This document shows positions 10,406-22,927 of a stretch of DNA of 64,000 bases, piece by piece. This DNA is from Massalongia carnosa (lineage: Eukaryota): assembly GCA_965645245.1 (NCBI GenBank), contig OZ287077.1, forward strand, positions 310,001 to 374,000. The letters are read 5' to 3'. Position numbers and translations under genes: made by a program. How positions within the stretch are numbered: the first letter of the stretch is position 1; the number at the start of each line of letters is the position of its first letter. A model generated the notes under the pieces. It saw nothing but the letters and a program-made list of their open reading frames with translations, was not told where the DNA came from and did no database searches.

Positions 10406-12497
10406 TCACTCCAGATCTACCTCCCCGCCCCCGTCCACCTCCCCATCCTCCATCCCCTTATCCACCCGAGTGACCGCCTGAGTGACCGCCTGAGTGGCCA
10501 TTTGCGATGTCGGTAAATGGCGTTGACGCCGAGGGGGAGGCGGGGGCATTTGCTGAGATATCTGTCGAGACATTTGTCGAGACATTTGCAAAGGCATTTG
10601 CCGAGACATTTCTCTTCCAAATTTACTGACGTCTCGCGCCAGTTGAATCCCGATTCCCGGAGGAATTCCTAGCTCCTGCCAGAACGGCTAATGCTCGATG
10701 CCTTTCAAGGATTGAACGGTCATCAGATCGTACCCACCTTCCATCAATCGATCGCAGGCGTTGGTGAGCACTCCTTTCAAATGAGGCTTCATTTGAACAA
10801 GCCAACTGACATAGTCTTCCAGATCTTCTTCTACTGGACTGCTGCGGGCGACGGAGGGGAGAGGGAGAAATCGACTCACGCTTCGACTGCTTCTGGATGA
10901 TCTCGAATCTCTCCAATCCAACGGCGTTTCCTCAAGGGCTCGTCTCGAGTCAGGTAATGTAGAAGGAGCATACTGAGAAGGATAAAATGCCGGGGGGGGG
11001 AATGCCGAGTGAGGAAATGCCGAGGGGAATGCCGAGGGAAATGTCGAGGGGAATGCCAATGACGAGGGGGGAAATGTCGAGTGGGGGATTTGGTACGAGT
11101 GGTGTTGATACATGGGATGTTGATAAATGGAATGCCCACCTCCAAAGGGCATTTCCTGAGACGAGGTTTCCTGTTTTGGAGATGATGATTCAGTCTTTTT
11201 CTTACCTTTATTCAGGGAGAATAAATTCTCTCTGATCTTCGGTGGAGGTGTTCGAGAATCAACGCCTGAAATTCCATCATCTAGTGCTTTTCCAGGTCAC
11301 GAAATGAGCACTGTTGAGAGGATAATGCTGATTCTTCGTCTCATCATTCCAACAGTACTGTCCGAAATTCCTACATGCGCGTTTTTCACAGAGATGCAGA
11401 CTTTGCAATTCGGACATTCTTTCGGCCGTCATGCCTTGCAACATGGCTCGTTCCTCCATCTCTTTTTGCAGCTTCATGGTCGCGGTTCCCAATTTCTTGG
11501 TGGCGACAGCTGTGGCAGCAGCAATAGGATCATCGGGAGGAATGACGCCATCTTTGGTACGACTGAAGTTGAAAATAAGATCAACCGCGAAGCTTTTCTT
11601 TCGAAGGCTGCTGTCTTCTAAATGAATTAGAACCTCCTCAATGGGCTGCCAGGATTCGATCAACATGAGAGCTGATTTTTCATGCGGTTTGATTCCATTC
11701 CATAACACGGTCGCTTTGATATCGACCAAATGACAAGCATACATTTTGGAATTCGCATACGTCTCGGCTTTCAAACTCATGTCCCCGGTGTAGCTTCTCA
11801 AAAAGAATCTTTTCGACGTAGTTGAATTGACTTCGTATGGAATCACCGTCTCGAAAACGACGTGCTTCTCATACGACATCTTCACATTTAGTAGATATTT
11901 GATTACCGTGGGAGGCAGTGGCGAAGGGGATAAACGGGAGGGTTCCTTTCTTCTTGGTTTTCTAGACTTCTTACTGACAATCGAGTTACTAGGCACATTG
12001 AGATCTTCGACATCATCTTCGGCATCATCTTCGGAATCATCTTCGGCATCATCTTCGGCATCTACAGCTTTCATCGCGTTCTCCTTTCTCCACTGACCCT
12101 GCCACCTCTGCTTCTCGTCTTCATCCGTCCAGTCGTCGGAGGAATCCTCCGTAATGACAAGGGGACTATAATAATTCGATTCGAAAGTCTTTGACTGCTG
12201 AGGCTGGACCTTTGACTTGGAAGGGGCCTTTGGCTTGGGAGGGACCTTTGGCTTGGGAGGGGCCTTTGGCTTGAGGGGGGCCTTTGGCTTGAAGGGGGGC
12301 TTTGACTTGAGGGGAGGCTTTGGCTTGGGAGGGGCCGGCGTCAATTCCGGCGAGGCTTCATCGATGCCGGCGGCGACAATGGCTCTGGCTCTCGGCCCTC
12401 CCAAAGTCAGTTTGATTCTCTTACCTTTGAAAGGCTCTTTTCCAGCCGGGGGGGGGCCGGAATTTGATCTTTTTGCTCTCGGTTCACAAAGTTTCAT
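10406..12497 (-). pseudogene. Second gene of the transposon: ~700-aa unknown protein (PK repeats, acidic tract, Cys/His motif, SAM-like C-terminus) with one frameshift and one premature stop
   Basis: ORFs 11277-12557, 10688-11152 and 10406-10609 join into one frame with an A-run frameshift at ~11290 and read-through of TAG at 10688-10690. Confidence 0.72.
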
Positions 12498-13680
12498 ATC
12501 TGAGGTAAAAAATGGGGAATGGCAGAGGGGGGAGGGAAAAAAGACGGGGAATGGCATCTACATATACTAATCTACAAATCGCTTCGATACTGACCAGTAG
12601 TACGACTTCATTGGCATGTAGGCGGTGAGGGTAGTTTTCAGATTTTTGCCGGCATTTTGCCATTTTCGCGTAAATATTTGATGTGTGGTCCCAAATTCAG
12701 GGTCGCGACCAACCTTTTGCAGTCGACTGTAAGCTAACCCGATTGGATAGTTTATCCGTTCCGGAGCTGGAACTTCGAAAATTTCTGCACTCATACCTGC
12801 ATGCATTTCATAGGGCGTCCTACAATCGTGATGCTTTTACAATCGGAAAGAGCAACGAAAGGCTGATAACTCTACTCAACGGGAGTTATCAGAGTTCGAA
12901 CATGTCGAGGAGATGTTTAATGGGCCTCCGAGGCGGGGGCGGAGGCGGGGGCGGGGGCGGAGGCGGAGGCGGAGGCGGAACCGAGGTCGAGGACCGGGGC
13001 GAGGGCGAGGACGGGGCAGAGAAAGGAATCTTGAGCCGTCACAAGATGAAGAGGTGGTCTCCGGTGAAGCTATCCAATCGATTGAAGTAGATGAAGTAGA
13101 TTTGTTTCAGGCCTTTCGAATGTAAATACGAAATGAAGCTCAATTCATTGAAAAAGGTCATCGAGGAAGCATCAAACGACCGTCTAAAACACACCTGAAT
13201 TTCATCAAATCGAGAATGTTTTCTTCAGTTGTTTCTGCTTCCGAGGGAAATTTATACTCAATTGAGTAAGCTTATTATGTTCAACTTCTACAACAGATTA
13301 GATTAGATCAGATCTAGTCTAACCTTATCGGTTACTTAAGACCTTTAACGGTGTCTTAAGCAACCTAGGCTCGGATAAACTATTATCACTTCGCTTAGTA
13401 GAGGGTGACCATATAAAAGGAGAAGACTGCTTCATAGCAACTTTTCATCTTATACATCAGGGTTATACACATTGTCATTTATTACATAGCCATATTGTCA
13501 TAATCATATACCTATTTCAACAAGTTATGAGCCCGGAAGGGTGCTATAGATCACACAGGAATCGAAGCAGACCTATCCGCTGCATTCAATGCTAAAACAG
13601 CTAAGCATCGATCTCTCTCATCAAAAGTTCTATAAACGAGACATACTAAATCTTCATGTGCACGAGAGACAGAGACGATT

Positions 13681-14210
13681 GCCCGCAGTGCCCATAGTCA
13701 AACTACAAAGTCCTGCTGGCCTACGTGCCCCATAGGCAAACTACAAAGTCTTGCTAGCCTACGTGCCCCATAGGTAATCTAGTCCTGCTGGCCTACGTGC
13801 CCCATAGGCAAACTACAAAGTCCTGCTGGCCTACGTTGCCCCATATGCGAAATACTCAAAAGACCTTTTGCCAGATTACATGCATCAGAGGCACTCTTCA
13901 AAGACCTTGAACACTCGACAGGCTTCTTGCCAGAAGGTTCTAAGACAATCCAGATGATGACGTTGACCCAGAGGCAGATTTCAGTCTGACTTTTGCTGCA
14001 TCACCATTCAGATGATGACGTTGACCCAGAGGCAGATTTCAGTCTTGCTGCATCATCATTCACCTTACTTTGACCCAAGAACAGATCACTTCAAAAAATC
14101 TGATTCTTGCTGCATCGTCATTTGACTGACGTTGACCCAGAGGCAGATCTCAGTCTGCCTTTTGTTGCATCGCCACTCAACAAACTTTGACCCAGAGGCA
14201 GACCATCTGA
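13681..14210 (+). repeat. Two tandem arrays in the copia leader (~38-bp and ~58-bp units)
   Basis: GGCCTACGTGCCCCATAGGCAAACTACAAAGTCCTGCT ~4 copies; repeats containing TTGACCCAGAGGCAGA ~5 copies. Confidence 0.85.
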
Positions 14211-14627
14211 ACTATCTTTCAAGCTCTGATTTTGCTGTATCACCTATCTTAATCAGACTTTCAATAAGCAGAACGCCTCAAAAGTCTCGGTATTGGTAGT
14301 AAAAGACCTCGGAAAAAACTTATTCTCTTTGACAGGCCCGGCCTGCTAAATAGATCGGTAGAGCCATGGTTCAGAACGCCCCTATCTTCACACCACCAAG
14401 TGAAAGTTCCACCATTGAGTGAAAGTCTTTCTTGAGGGTAAAAGCGTTGTGGCAAATAAGGAACATCACAGTTTGATGTCGCAGAGAGGGATCGTTTGTC
14501 TATATAATGACCACGTATCCCAATCTTCTCCATTCATTCCAGTGCACATCCAACTTCCGTGTTTACCTCAGAAACTTAGATATTTATCAAAAAATCACAG
14601 AAATTTACTTAGACACCTCTTTTCATC

Positions 14628-15614
14628 ATGTCTCTCCCAGATGCCATCAGTTCCAAAGAGAAGTCCTATCTTCTAGAGAAGGCAGAGCACTATTCGGCAT
14701 GGGCTAGCTACACCAGAGGAGTTCTGCTGAAGAACAACTGCGATACAGCCACATTGGGGACCCAACCAGATATTACACTTGATTCCATCCGACAGAGCCT
14801 CATCGACTCAGGCTTCACTCAAGCCAGTCTTACTACCAGCATCCTTGTCAATGAACTTCGGGATGACATGAACAGACAGAAGACTGCGATGACCAAGGCT
14901 ATTGGAATCATACACGGACTGGTTGCGCCATGCCATTTCAACCTCATCAACAACAAAACTACTGCCGAGATGTGGGCAACCCTGAAGACTAGATTCCAGG
15001 ACGTAGCACCAATGAGCATCACGGATGTTATCTTGAGGGTCAGTGCAAAAAGGATGAGAGATTTGGAAACCGTAGGTCAATACTGTGCAGAGTATGACGG
15101 TGCTTTCAATCAGATCAAGGGCATGTTGGTCGACGGAGCCAAGGTGAACATAGCCTCCATAGAGTTTGTGCTACAGGGCATGCTACTTGGTAACACTACA
15201 GACAAGTATGATCCACTCATTGCACAACTCCGCAGGGACTGGACACATGACACCACAAGTCTCTCAGAAACCACAAAGGCCCTCATTGCATATGCAGGCA
15301 ACAACACAGACGTCAAGGCCCTTCACACTAGCACTAGCACTTCATCCAACAGAGGCAGAGCACCTATAGGAAGTTGTACTGTTCCAGAGTGCGTAGCAAG
15401 GAATAGAGCTCGCCACTGGCCAAATGAGTGCTTTCAGAAGTTTCCTCATCAGAAGAGAGCGGGAGACGTAGCTGATTCAGGGAGGGCCAAAAGGGCCAAG
15501 TCCTCCAAGCCAGAAACAATGGTTATTCCAGACTCCTTGGCCACAGAACCCCCTACACTGAACAGTTGTCTCACACTGGTCATGACCACAGTACTACAGA
15601 AGGTCATGCCATGA
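14628..15614 (+). CDS. gag: Copia Gag
   Basis: AEMWATLKTRF motif; Cys/His knuckle CTVPEC...HWPNEC. Confidence 0.85.
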   Translation: MSLPDAISSKEKSYLLEKAEHYSAWASYTRGVLLKNNCDTATLGTQPDITLDSIRQSLIDSGFTQASLTTSILVNELRDDMNRQKTAMTKAIGIIHGLVAPCHFNLINNKTTAEMWATLKTRFQDVAPMSITDVILRVSAKRMRDLETVGQYCAEYDGAFNQIKGMLVDGAKVNIASIEFVLQGMLLGNTTDKYDPLIAQLRRDWTHDTTSLSETTKALIAYAGNNTDVKALHTSTSTSSNRGRAPIGSCTVPECVARNRARHWPNECFQKFPHQKRAGDVADSGRAKRAKSSKPETMVIPDSLATEPPTLNSCLTLVMTTVLQKVMP

Positions 15615-18488
15615 CAAACTTAGACCGAGACACCTGGCTCCTTGACACCGCCGCAGACATGCACGTATGTAATCACAGATCATCTTTTATTTATTATATA
15701 TTACGTCCAACAGGTCTGGCAGGATCTACTTCAGAAGGAATGTCTCCATGGAGGGGAGTTATCGAGAGAACGTTGGTACTACAGGACGACTCACCCTCGT
15801 CAGTGTTAATCTTACACAACGTACTACTCATTCCACAGTGTCCAGTGAACCTTATCAGCCTGGCACTACTCAATCGTCATGACATCTACAATGAAAATCT
15901 GAACAGGACCCTATTCCTCCAATCCAGTGGAAGGGTCATAGGGTATGTCCCAAGAGTCAACACCAACTTCTTAGTGAAGATCTTGGATACCCCAGAAGTG
16001 GCTGTACGTCTCACACAGATAGACGATCAAACTTTTCAATGGCCCAAGACCGCTGTTTATCATACATCTAACAGAGCGGACTTGACAACATGGCATGCAC
16101 GTCTTGGTCATCTGAACATAACTACTTGTCGCACTTATCTAAAGCGACTCGATGTACCTTACTCGGACAATGTCAGCAAGGATTGGTACTGTCCATCCTG
16201 TGAACTCGGAAAGGTTACAAAGATATACAACAGAACACCTCAGGAGAGAGCTACAGGCATATTTCAAAAGGTTCATTCAGACCTGGTCGGACCCATCAAA
16301 CCGGCGGGACTTCTCGAGGAAATATACTTCTTCACCTTCACCTGTGACGCAAGCAGATACACACATGTGTATACCGGCATCAAGAAGAGCGATTGGTTCG
16401 ATCATCTATCATCATATTATAGCCTGGCTTAGAACAGGACAGGAAAGAGCAAACCAATGAGCGTCTTTCGCACCGACTATGGCACCGAACTCCGAAGTCT
16501 GAAATCGGACGACTGGTTTCTGAAGGAAGGGATAACATTTGAACCCTCCGCACCACATTCACAGGAACAGAACGGAGTGTCCGAAAGAACAGGCAGGACC
16601 ATCATGGACATGACCAGGTGTACTATCATCGAAGGAGGCATTCCGGACTATTTATGGACAGAGGTAGTTCTAGCTATGATTCATACCAAGAACGTCAGAC
16701 CTACAAACGCTTTACCTGGAAAGAGTCCCTTTGAAATTGATGAATCAAAGCCACCTTCTTTAGATCATCTGAGAGTTTTAGGATCTACTGTATATGTTCT
16801 CCTTCATAGAGAAGAACGAGTAGGAGCAAATAGCAAATCGGCCAAATTCTCACCTCGGGCCCAGCGTGGCATTCTATGTGGATATGACGGCTGCACCATT
16901 TATCGGGTTTTTGTTGGAAAAGCACTACAGGGTCATCAAGGTCAAAGATCTGCGCATTCATGAAGTCGCCATCTCCAAAGACCAGACCAACGTTCCTACG
17001 TATGATGCCATCATGGCACCCGATACAAACATCCTATCAGAACCAGTTGTCATTTCACCTCCCACTTCAACTCCTAAACGTGGACGAGGTAGACTCAGAA
17101 AAAATATTCATGTGAAGCACATATTGTCTCTGCTCTCCGACAAAGCTTTAGTTGAACCAGACCATGTCCATACATCTGAAGACAGACATGCAGAGGACCC
17201 ACTTGTACTTTTAGCCAGAACTCTAGAGAAAGAAGGATCTTCAGGACTGCAGGACTATGATGCACTGTCCCATCTCGACGTTGCTGAACCACAGACATAC
17301 AATCAAGCCATGAAATGTTCTCATTCAGACAATTGGAGTCACTCCATCGACAAGGAACACAACAATCTCCTCGTCTGTGGTATGAAAGTTCAACTCATCA
17401 AGCTGGGTCTGTCGAAACTTCATGCAGATTATAGCATTTTTGCCTCTCCAGCAGGCATCAAAGGTCCCATTTTCACCTCCTTCGTGGATGACCTGAACAT
17501 CATAGGACCCAAGGGGTCATCAATGATCTCTGAGGTCAAGAGACAACTTAACATCGCTTTCAAAATGGTGGACATGGGCCCAATCAGTCACTATTTGGGT
17601 CTAAAAGTGGAACGGAATCGCGTAAACAAAACACTTAAACTATCTCAGCCTACATACATTACAAAGGTCCTTGAGAAGTTTCACATGCAGAACGCAAAAT
17701 CCACCACCACCCCTATGAAAGAAGGCAGTCTATTCAGAAATGAATATCAGGCCTCAGAATCAGACATTAAGCAATATCAAACCATAGTAGGGTCCATCAT
17801 GTTTGCCATGATAGAGACACGGCTAGATATAGCCTTTGCAACCTTAGTGGTTAGCCGACACGCCAAAGACCCAGGCAAAACACATATGGAAGCAGCCAAA
17901 CACATACTCCGGTACCTCAGTGCCACCAAAGACAGAGGTATCACCTTTGGTGGAGGAGATATGTCTGTACAGAGCTATTCCGACTCTGACTGGGCCGGAG
18001 ACAGGGAAGACCGCAAGTCCACCTCCGGATACGTCTTTATGTTAAAAAAGGGACCAATCAGTTGTTCCAGAAGACAACAAACCGTCGCACTATCATCCAC
18101 AGAAGCAGAATATATGGTACTCACCTTGGCTGCTAAGGAGACCATATGGATACGCTTATTGATGGCTGAGCTCGGCCTGATGCAGGATGATGCTTCTCCG
18201 GCAGTGAATGTACTTGAAAGGGAAGGCGCTATAGCACTGGCCAACAATCCCGTCTTACATTCAAGGACTAAGCACTTCGATATTCAGCACCACTTCATTC
18301 GAAATGAAGTCACAGAGGGACGGATAGACCTTACATATGTCCCAACTGAACACATGGTAGCGGACGGGCTGACAAAGCCGCTTACCCACGTCAAGTTCTT
18401 CTCTTTTATCAGACAACTACATATGGACTCGGCTACTGAGCTCAATAGTCATCCACAACAGATTCGACCACCTACATACCTCATCTGA
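15566..18488 (+). pseudogene. pol: Copia Pol (PR-IN-RT-RH) with a stop at 16430, a frameshift at ~16915 and loss of the RT N-terminus near 17375
   Basis: WLLDTAADMH, WHARLGH, VHSDLVGP, RTDYGTE, QNGVSER, FVDDL, YSDSDWAG, RTKHFDI, ADGLTKPL. Confidence 0.92.
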
Positions 18489-19450
18489 CGGACAAGTACT
18501 GATAGAACTTGAGGGAGGGTGTTGAATGTTCAACTTCTACCAGCACAACAGATTAGATTAGATCAGATCCAGTCTAACCGTATCAGTTACTTAAGACCTT
18601 TAGCGGTGTCTTAAGCAACCTAGGCTTGGATAAACTATTATCACTTCGCTTAGTAGAGGGTGACCATATAAAAGGAGAAGACTGCTTCATAGCAACTCTT
18701 CATCTTATACATCAGGGTCATACACATTGTCATTTATTACATAGCCATATAGTCATAATTATATATCTATTTCAACAGTGGTGTTAACATAGAGAATGGG
18801 GGTGTCAAGGTAGTGAAAAGGGGTCCCGGTATTAGTCCCCTTTTTCTTTGTTAATACAATATCAAACAAATATTAAGAAATTAACTTTTTAAAGCGACCT
18901 TAACTCCAGTACTCGTCAGTTAGTCAAATTATTGAAAACGCACCAGCTTGCTGGGGGCTAGTGAAGTTGTCACCGTGACGGACGGCACCAGGCGTGTAAG
19001 TGGGATAGGGCCGGACGCTAGCAGGGAGGTGAAAAACTCTTCACCTCCTCTCTCTTTCCTCATCAACACTCATCAAAAATCGTATTTCGCTGTTTCTCCC
19101 ACCCGCCCTCTCCTACACAGTCTGTCGCTTAGATAGATAGAGTATGTCTTGACCCCAGGGTTCGCATCTACAGCGTCCATGGACCCCGTAGCCTACCCGT
19201 TGCGGCTCCGTACCCGGCGCGGATGGCGCACGAACGGTGTCATGCCACACCCTAGGGTGAGTACTTTGCCCAAACAGTAGAATAGCAATAAACACAAGGT
19301 GGCTGCGTTTCACTAGAGAAGTGTCACTCGATTAGCAAGTGTTGCACTTAGTGAATGGCTGCCTACCGAGTACGCACAAAAGGTGATGGGATAAGATAAA
19401 ATAGATATTTAGCTAGAGATGATTTCTATCATAAACAACCATCCTTAATA

Positions 19451-22400
19451 ACGTATTTTGTCACCGGATGAACTTTATCACCGGATGAACACCCCTCCAG
19501 AAATGGTAACTACGACCTCAAACTAGAATATCTCGATGAACAATGAATATAAAGCTATAAAAATCATATGAAAGGGTAAATAGCATTGTACGAACACGAT
19601 ACAGCTATTTTCTACTCCTTAAACTTAGAAGGAATCACTACAGTGCGCCCGCTACGAGCTACTCTCGTTTCGGGCAGTTTCGGCTCTATAGGAGGTGGAT
19701 CCTCCAGTTTTCGCTTTCTAGCTATAGTAGCTTGCTTCTTTTGATCCTTTTCTGACTGCTCTTCAAGCCTAAGCTGCTTGTTAAGCTCCACGGGGACCGA
19801 GGTGACCTCCGGGGACCGAGATTCAGTGGACCGGCTGACTCCTTCTGAAAAGGGTCGCCGAAAGGTCTCCAATGTGACTGCTATATAATGAATTAGATAG
19901 CTCACATATAATCCATACCTTCAATGACAATCATGCTACTATACCTATAAAGTGAATTTTACTATTCATAGTGTTGTTGTTGCAGACGATGTGGATGGTA
20001 GCTGGCTAGCGCGAATGTTTTTTTGATTGAGGCTATAAAGGGAAGGAGCTTTTGGAGAGGGAACCGTTTGGGAAGGAGCCTTTTAACCATGTTTCGCCAG
20101 CAATTCATCAATATCTGCAAATCAATCGGAAGAAGATGCCGGGGATGGAGGGATAATATCATCATTCTCATTCAGAGGGAGTGGAGGATCGGGGGTAGGC
20201 TGAGTTGCTATATATTGCAGGTCATCGTCGTCAGATACGATGATAGCATCTCCGGAATCTATACCGAATATTAGCCGCGCTACATCGATCGATTTGCTGA
20301 TATCGTGGGTTTTTTATCATCAATCATACCCTTGTCTTCAACGCCTACCCGCAATTCATCCTCATGCCTTCCTCTCCTCCCTTCTTCTTCAATAGAGTCC
20401 TTACGTTTAGCACGTCGCTGCTTAGCTAACATTTTCTTGATTTATGAAAATCAATAGATTGATGTGCGGCCGCATGCAGCAAATCAACACCCCCGCGACG
20501 AAATCTATCCCCAGTATTATTGTCAACTGCCTTCTCGATCTCCTCTTCCGGCTCAGATTCTTGTCTTTGTTAAGCATTTCCCCCCTGATCCGCCTCCTCA
20601 TCTTGCTCTTCTGTAGTCTTCCTGTTATTGTAATAGAAGCTCTGCTGGCATAGTAAAAAGCTCACTTTTGAAACGATTGATATTTCTATCTACCTATCTA
20701 TGGACCGTGTTTATATAGATAGAAAAACATGCCGAAAACCGTTCTCCCTATGACTCACCTTCCTGCTTCCTAGAAATCTAAGATTGGTGATTGACTCATA
20801 TCCAATTTATGACTCGATGGGAATGTTCATAGAAGTTTTGCGGTGCTTCTCGAGGTCGTTATGTGTTGCCTAATGTTCTTACCAACGCACTAATCCCAAT
20901 GCGGTACTATGTGACTCTGAACACTTTACTAGGCATCAGCCGGGTGACTTTGCACATTACAACACCTGTGAGCTGCTCTCCGAAACATCTCAGCGAAACT
21001 TATGGTGGGGTCGAAAAGCATTTTCCACGAGACCACCAAAGGCGGGCCATCGAAAAACCAGTGGGGATGAATGAGGGAGATAGGTATGAGGATAACATCA
21101 ATGACGCAATGATACAACCAGCATCTGCATGGGAGACCGTATCGTGAAGGCAAATCACAATCATACATACAATCCTCACCGGTTGGTTCGATTAATGCAG
21201 TCCCTTCAACTCCAAAAGAAACCTGTTGATTGAAATCTTCGGCTAAAATTTTAGCTGCATCCAACTCTCTAGATATGAGGTCAATAGAATGATGAGTTAT
21301 TAAACCTATAAGGTCTTTGAACGCACTTCTATCCATTAGCGTGCTGTTGATTCGTTGATGATTGGTTGATATTTCGTAGTCAACCTGAACCCTTTGCACT
21401 GTTTCGCATATTTTCCGCACCGAGCCTTTAATAGTTATATGCCTATTTGTCACATTCTTTACCAACGGATGCAAACCTTCCACCCTTTGTGTGCTATGTG
21501 CACGTAAATTAGGGAACTTTTTGGTGTATGCGGAAACAAACTGAAACCCCTGACGTTGATAATAGCTGGTAAAATACTCCTGGAAATAGGAGTGAGTTAG
21601 CCCTTATTAACGTTTTTTGATGGCTTCATACCTTTTCTGAAGCATGAAGCTTCAACATCAACGCGTTTCTTTTCTCATCCAGCTGTTCAACGGTAGGATT
21701 TTTGATCCACTCCCATATCAATTCATGCAGCTCTTTTCGTACTTCTAAAGGATATGAACCCGCCCTGATCAGGCGTTTCTTGATTGCCTCCGCTGCGTGC
21801 CACGTGTATAATTGCAACACACGATCAGGGCCGGTTTCGTGTATTGATTGGGCGACTTGCCATGCAACGGTCATTGCTGCATCCGGGTTTATTTCCTTAG
21901 CCCGTTTTTTATGCATCGCTGCAGTCAGTCCAGCGGCGAAGTCTCCGAGGATGACCCTAGAACCAGGACATGTATCATGAAAAAAGATATCTTTAATACA
22001 ATCAAATAGAAACGTAAAGCACTCAGCCGATTTAGAAGTTATATAACAATAGGCCGCGGGGAAAGTCTGATTTGTGTTGGTGATGCCAACCAACACCGAT
22101 AGAGGTAAGTTCAACTGATTTGTATTGAACGTAGCATCCGTTTCTATCAAAAATCCACTGACGAATCGTCTAGTCAGTCGGATCTGTTCAGCGTTACAGA
22201 AAAAGAAATATTCAACAACACGTCTTCGGGGAGTATTTTTTTCAACGAGATATTTCTCCAAAGTCCGTGCATGAAACCCTTCTTCTTCTAGAAATCCAAG
22301 TGCATAGGTCAACTCTTCTTCAGGTGTATGTTTGCCCTGGAATCGAGCCAGGTTGTAATAGTCCTTCGAAAGGCGCAGGCCAGTCATTCCCAAAACGCGA

Positions 22401-22892
22401 GATGCTTGACCGTATCTAGTTGATGCATCACGGAGACTTTTTGCTTGATCTAGGGCAGTTGCTCGATCGAGGTCTTGGCTACGATGCTCTTTGAAACCGA
22501 AGGGGCCTGTAGCCATCTCGTGATTGTGATCAGGATTGGTGATGATTAATCTCCACGATTCGTCTTTATTTTGCTTCAGTCTTAGTCGATATTTGCACTC
22601 GTTGAACGAGACCTTCGTGTTTTTTCGTACGCGGTCCTTCTCTCTAGCTTTCTAGTGTTTCTTTCTCTTTTGTGATGACGGGTGCAATCTAGTATAACGA
22701 GATGATTCTTCTTATCATTAGTCTCTGTGACCAATGCAAAGCCTTGAGTAAAGGCATAATTCTGAAGGCGGGTTTTTCCCTCCTCCCAGGAGATAAAGAT
22801 TTCACTCTCACTTGGAGGAAGACGATGAGACGACGGTAAACTCGCTATAGCCCTTTGCAAACGTGCATCCAGGGACGTTGATGTGAGGGTCA
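19451..22892 (-). mobile_element. Mutator-like element, fragmented transposase pseudogene
   Basis: YAFTQGFALV...CTRH, ETDATFNTNQLNLPL, QLYTWHAAE, EGLHP, CDLPSRYGLPCRC; C-terminal RSGRTVVIPSKF; multiple frameshifts and stops. Confidence 0.85.
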
Positions 22893-22927
22893 TAGCAAAG
22901 AAAAAGGTAAGGGAGAGAAGAAGGGCG

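Larger units (their letters stand above)
9062..12729. mobile_element. Two-gene Tc1/IS630-like DNA transposon with ~210-bp TIRs
   Basis: TA TSD (9060-61, 12730-31). TIRs 9062-~9270 and ~12512-12729 begin CAGTCGACTGCAAAAGGTTGG. The two ORFs are convergent. Confidence 0.93.
13278..18777 (+). mobile_element. Ty1/copia LTR retrotransposon, decayed
   Basis: LTRs 13278-13522 (first few nt missing) and 18520-18777; PBS AGTTATGAGCCC; PPT GAGGGAGGG; PR-IN-RT-RH domain order. Confidence 0.95.
8983..18840. mobile_element. Non-autonomous TIR element (MULE-like, ~0.7 kb once nested inserts are removed) hosting a Tc1-like element and a copia
   Basis: ~65-bp inverted ends GGGAACTAATACCGGGAC...GTTAACACC / GGTGTTAAC...GTCCCGGTATTAGTCCCC; flanks TTTTTATT / TTTTTCTT. 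Confidence 0.7.

Noticed and set aside
12683..13125. Poly-Gly / Arg-Gly-rich ORFs
   Set aside because: They arise from a GGC/GGA microsatellite. Possibly a transposase tail remnant, but no diagnostic motif.
18948..19400. GC-richer island, possible solo LTR
   Set aside because: Could not define TG...CA ends with a TSD, and no second copy was seen.
20650..20961. Possible LTR fragment interrupting the MULE
   Set aside because: A TG start is visible on the minus strand at ~20961, but no matching end or TSD was found.
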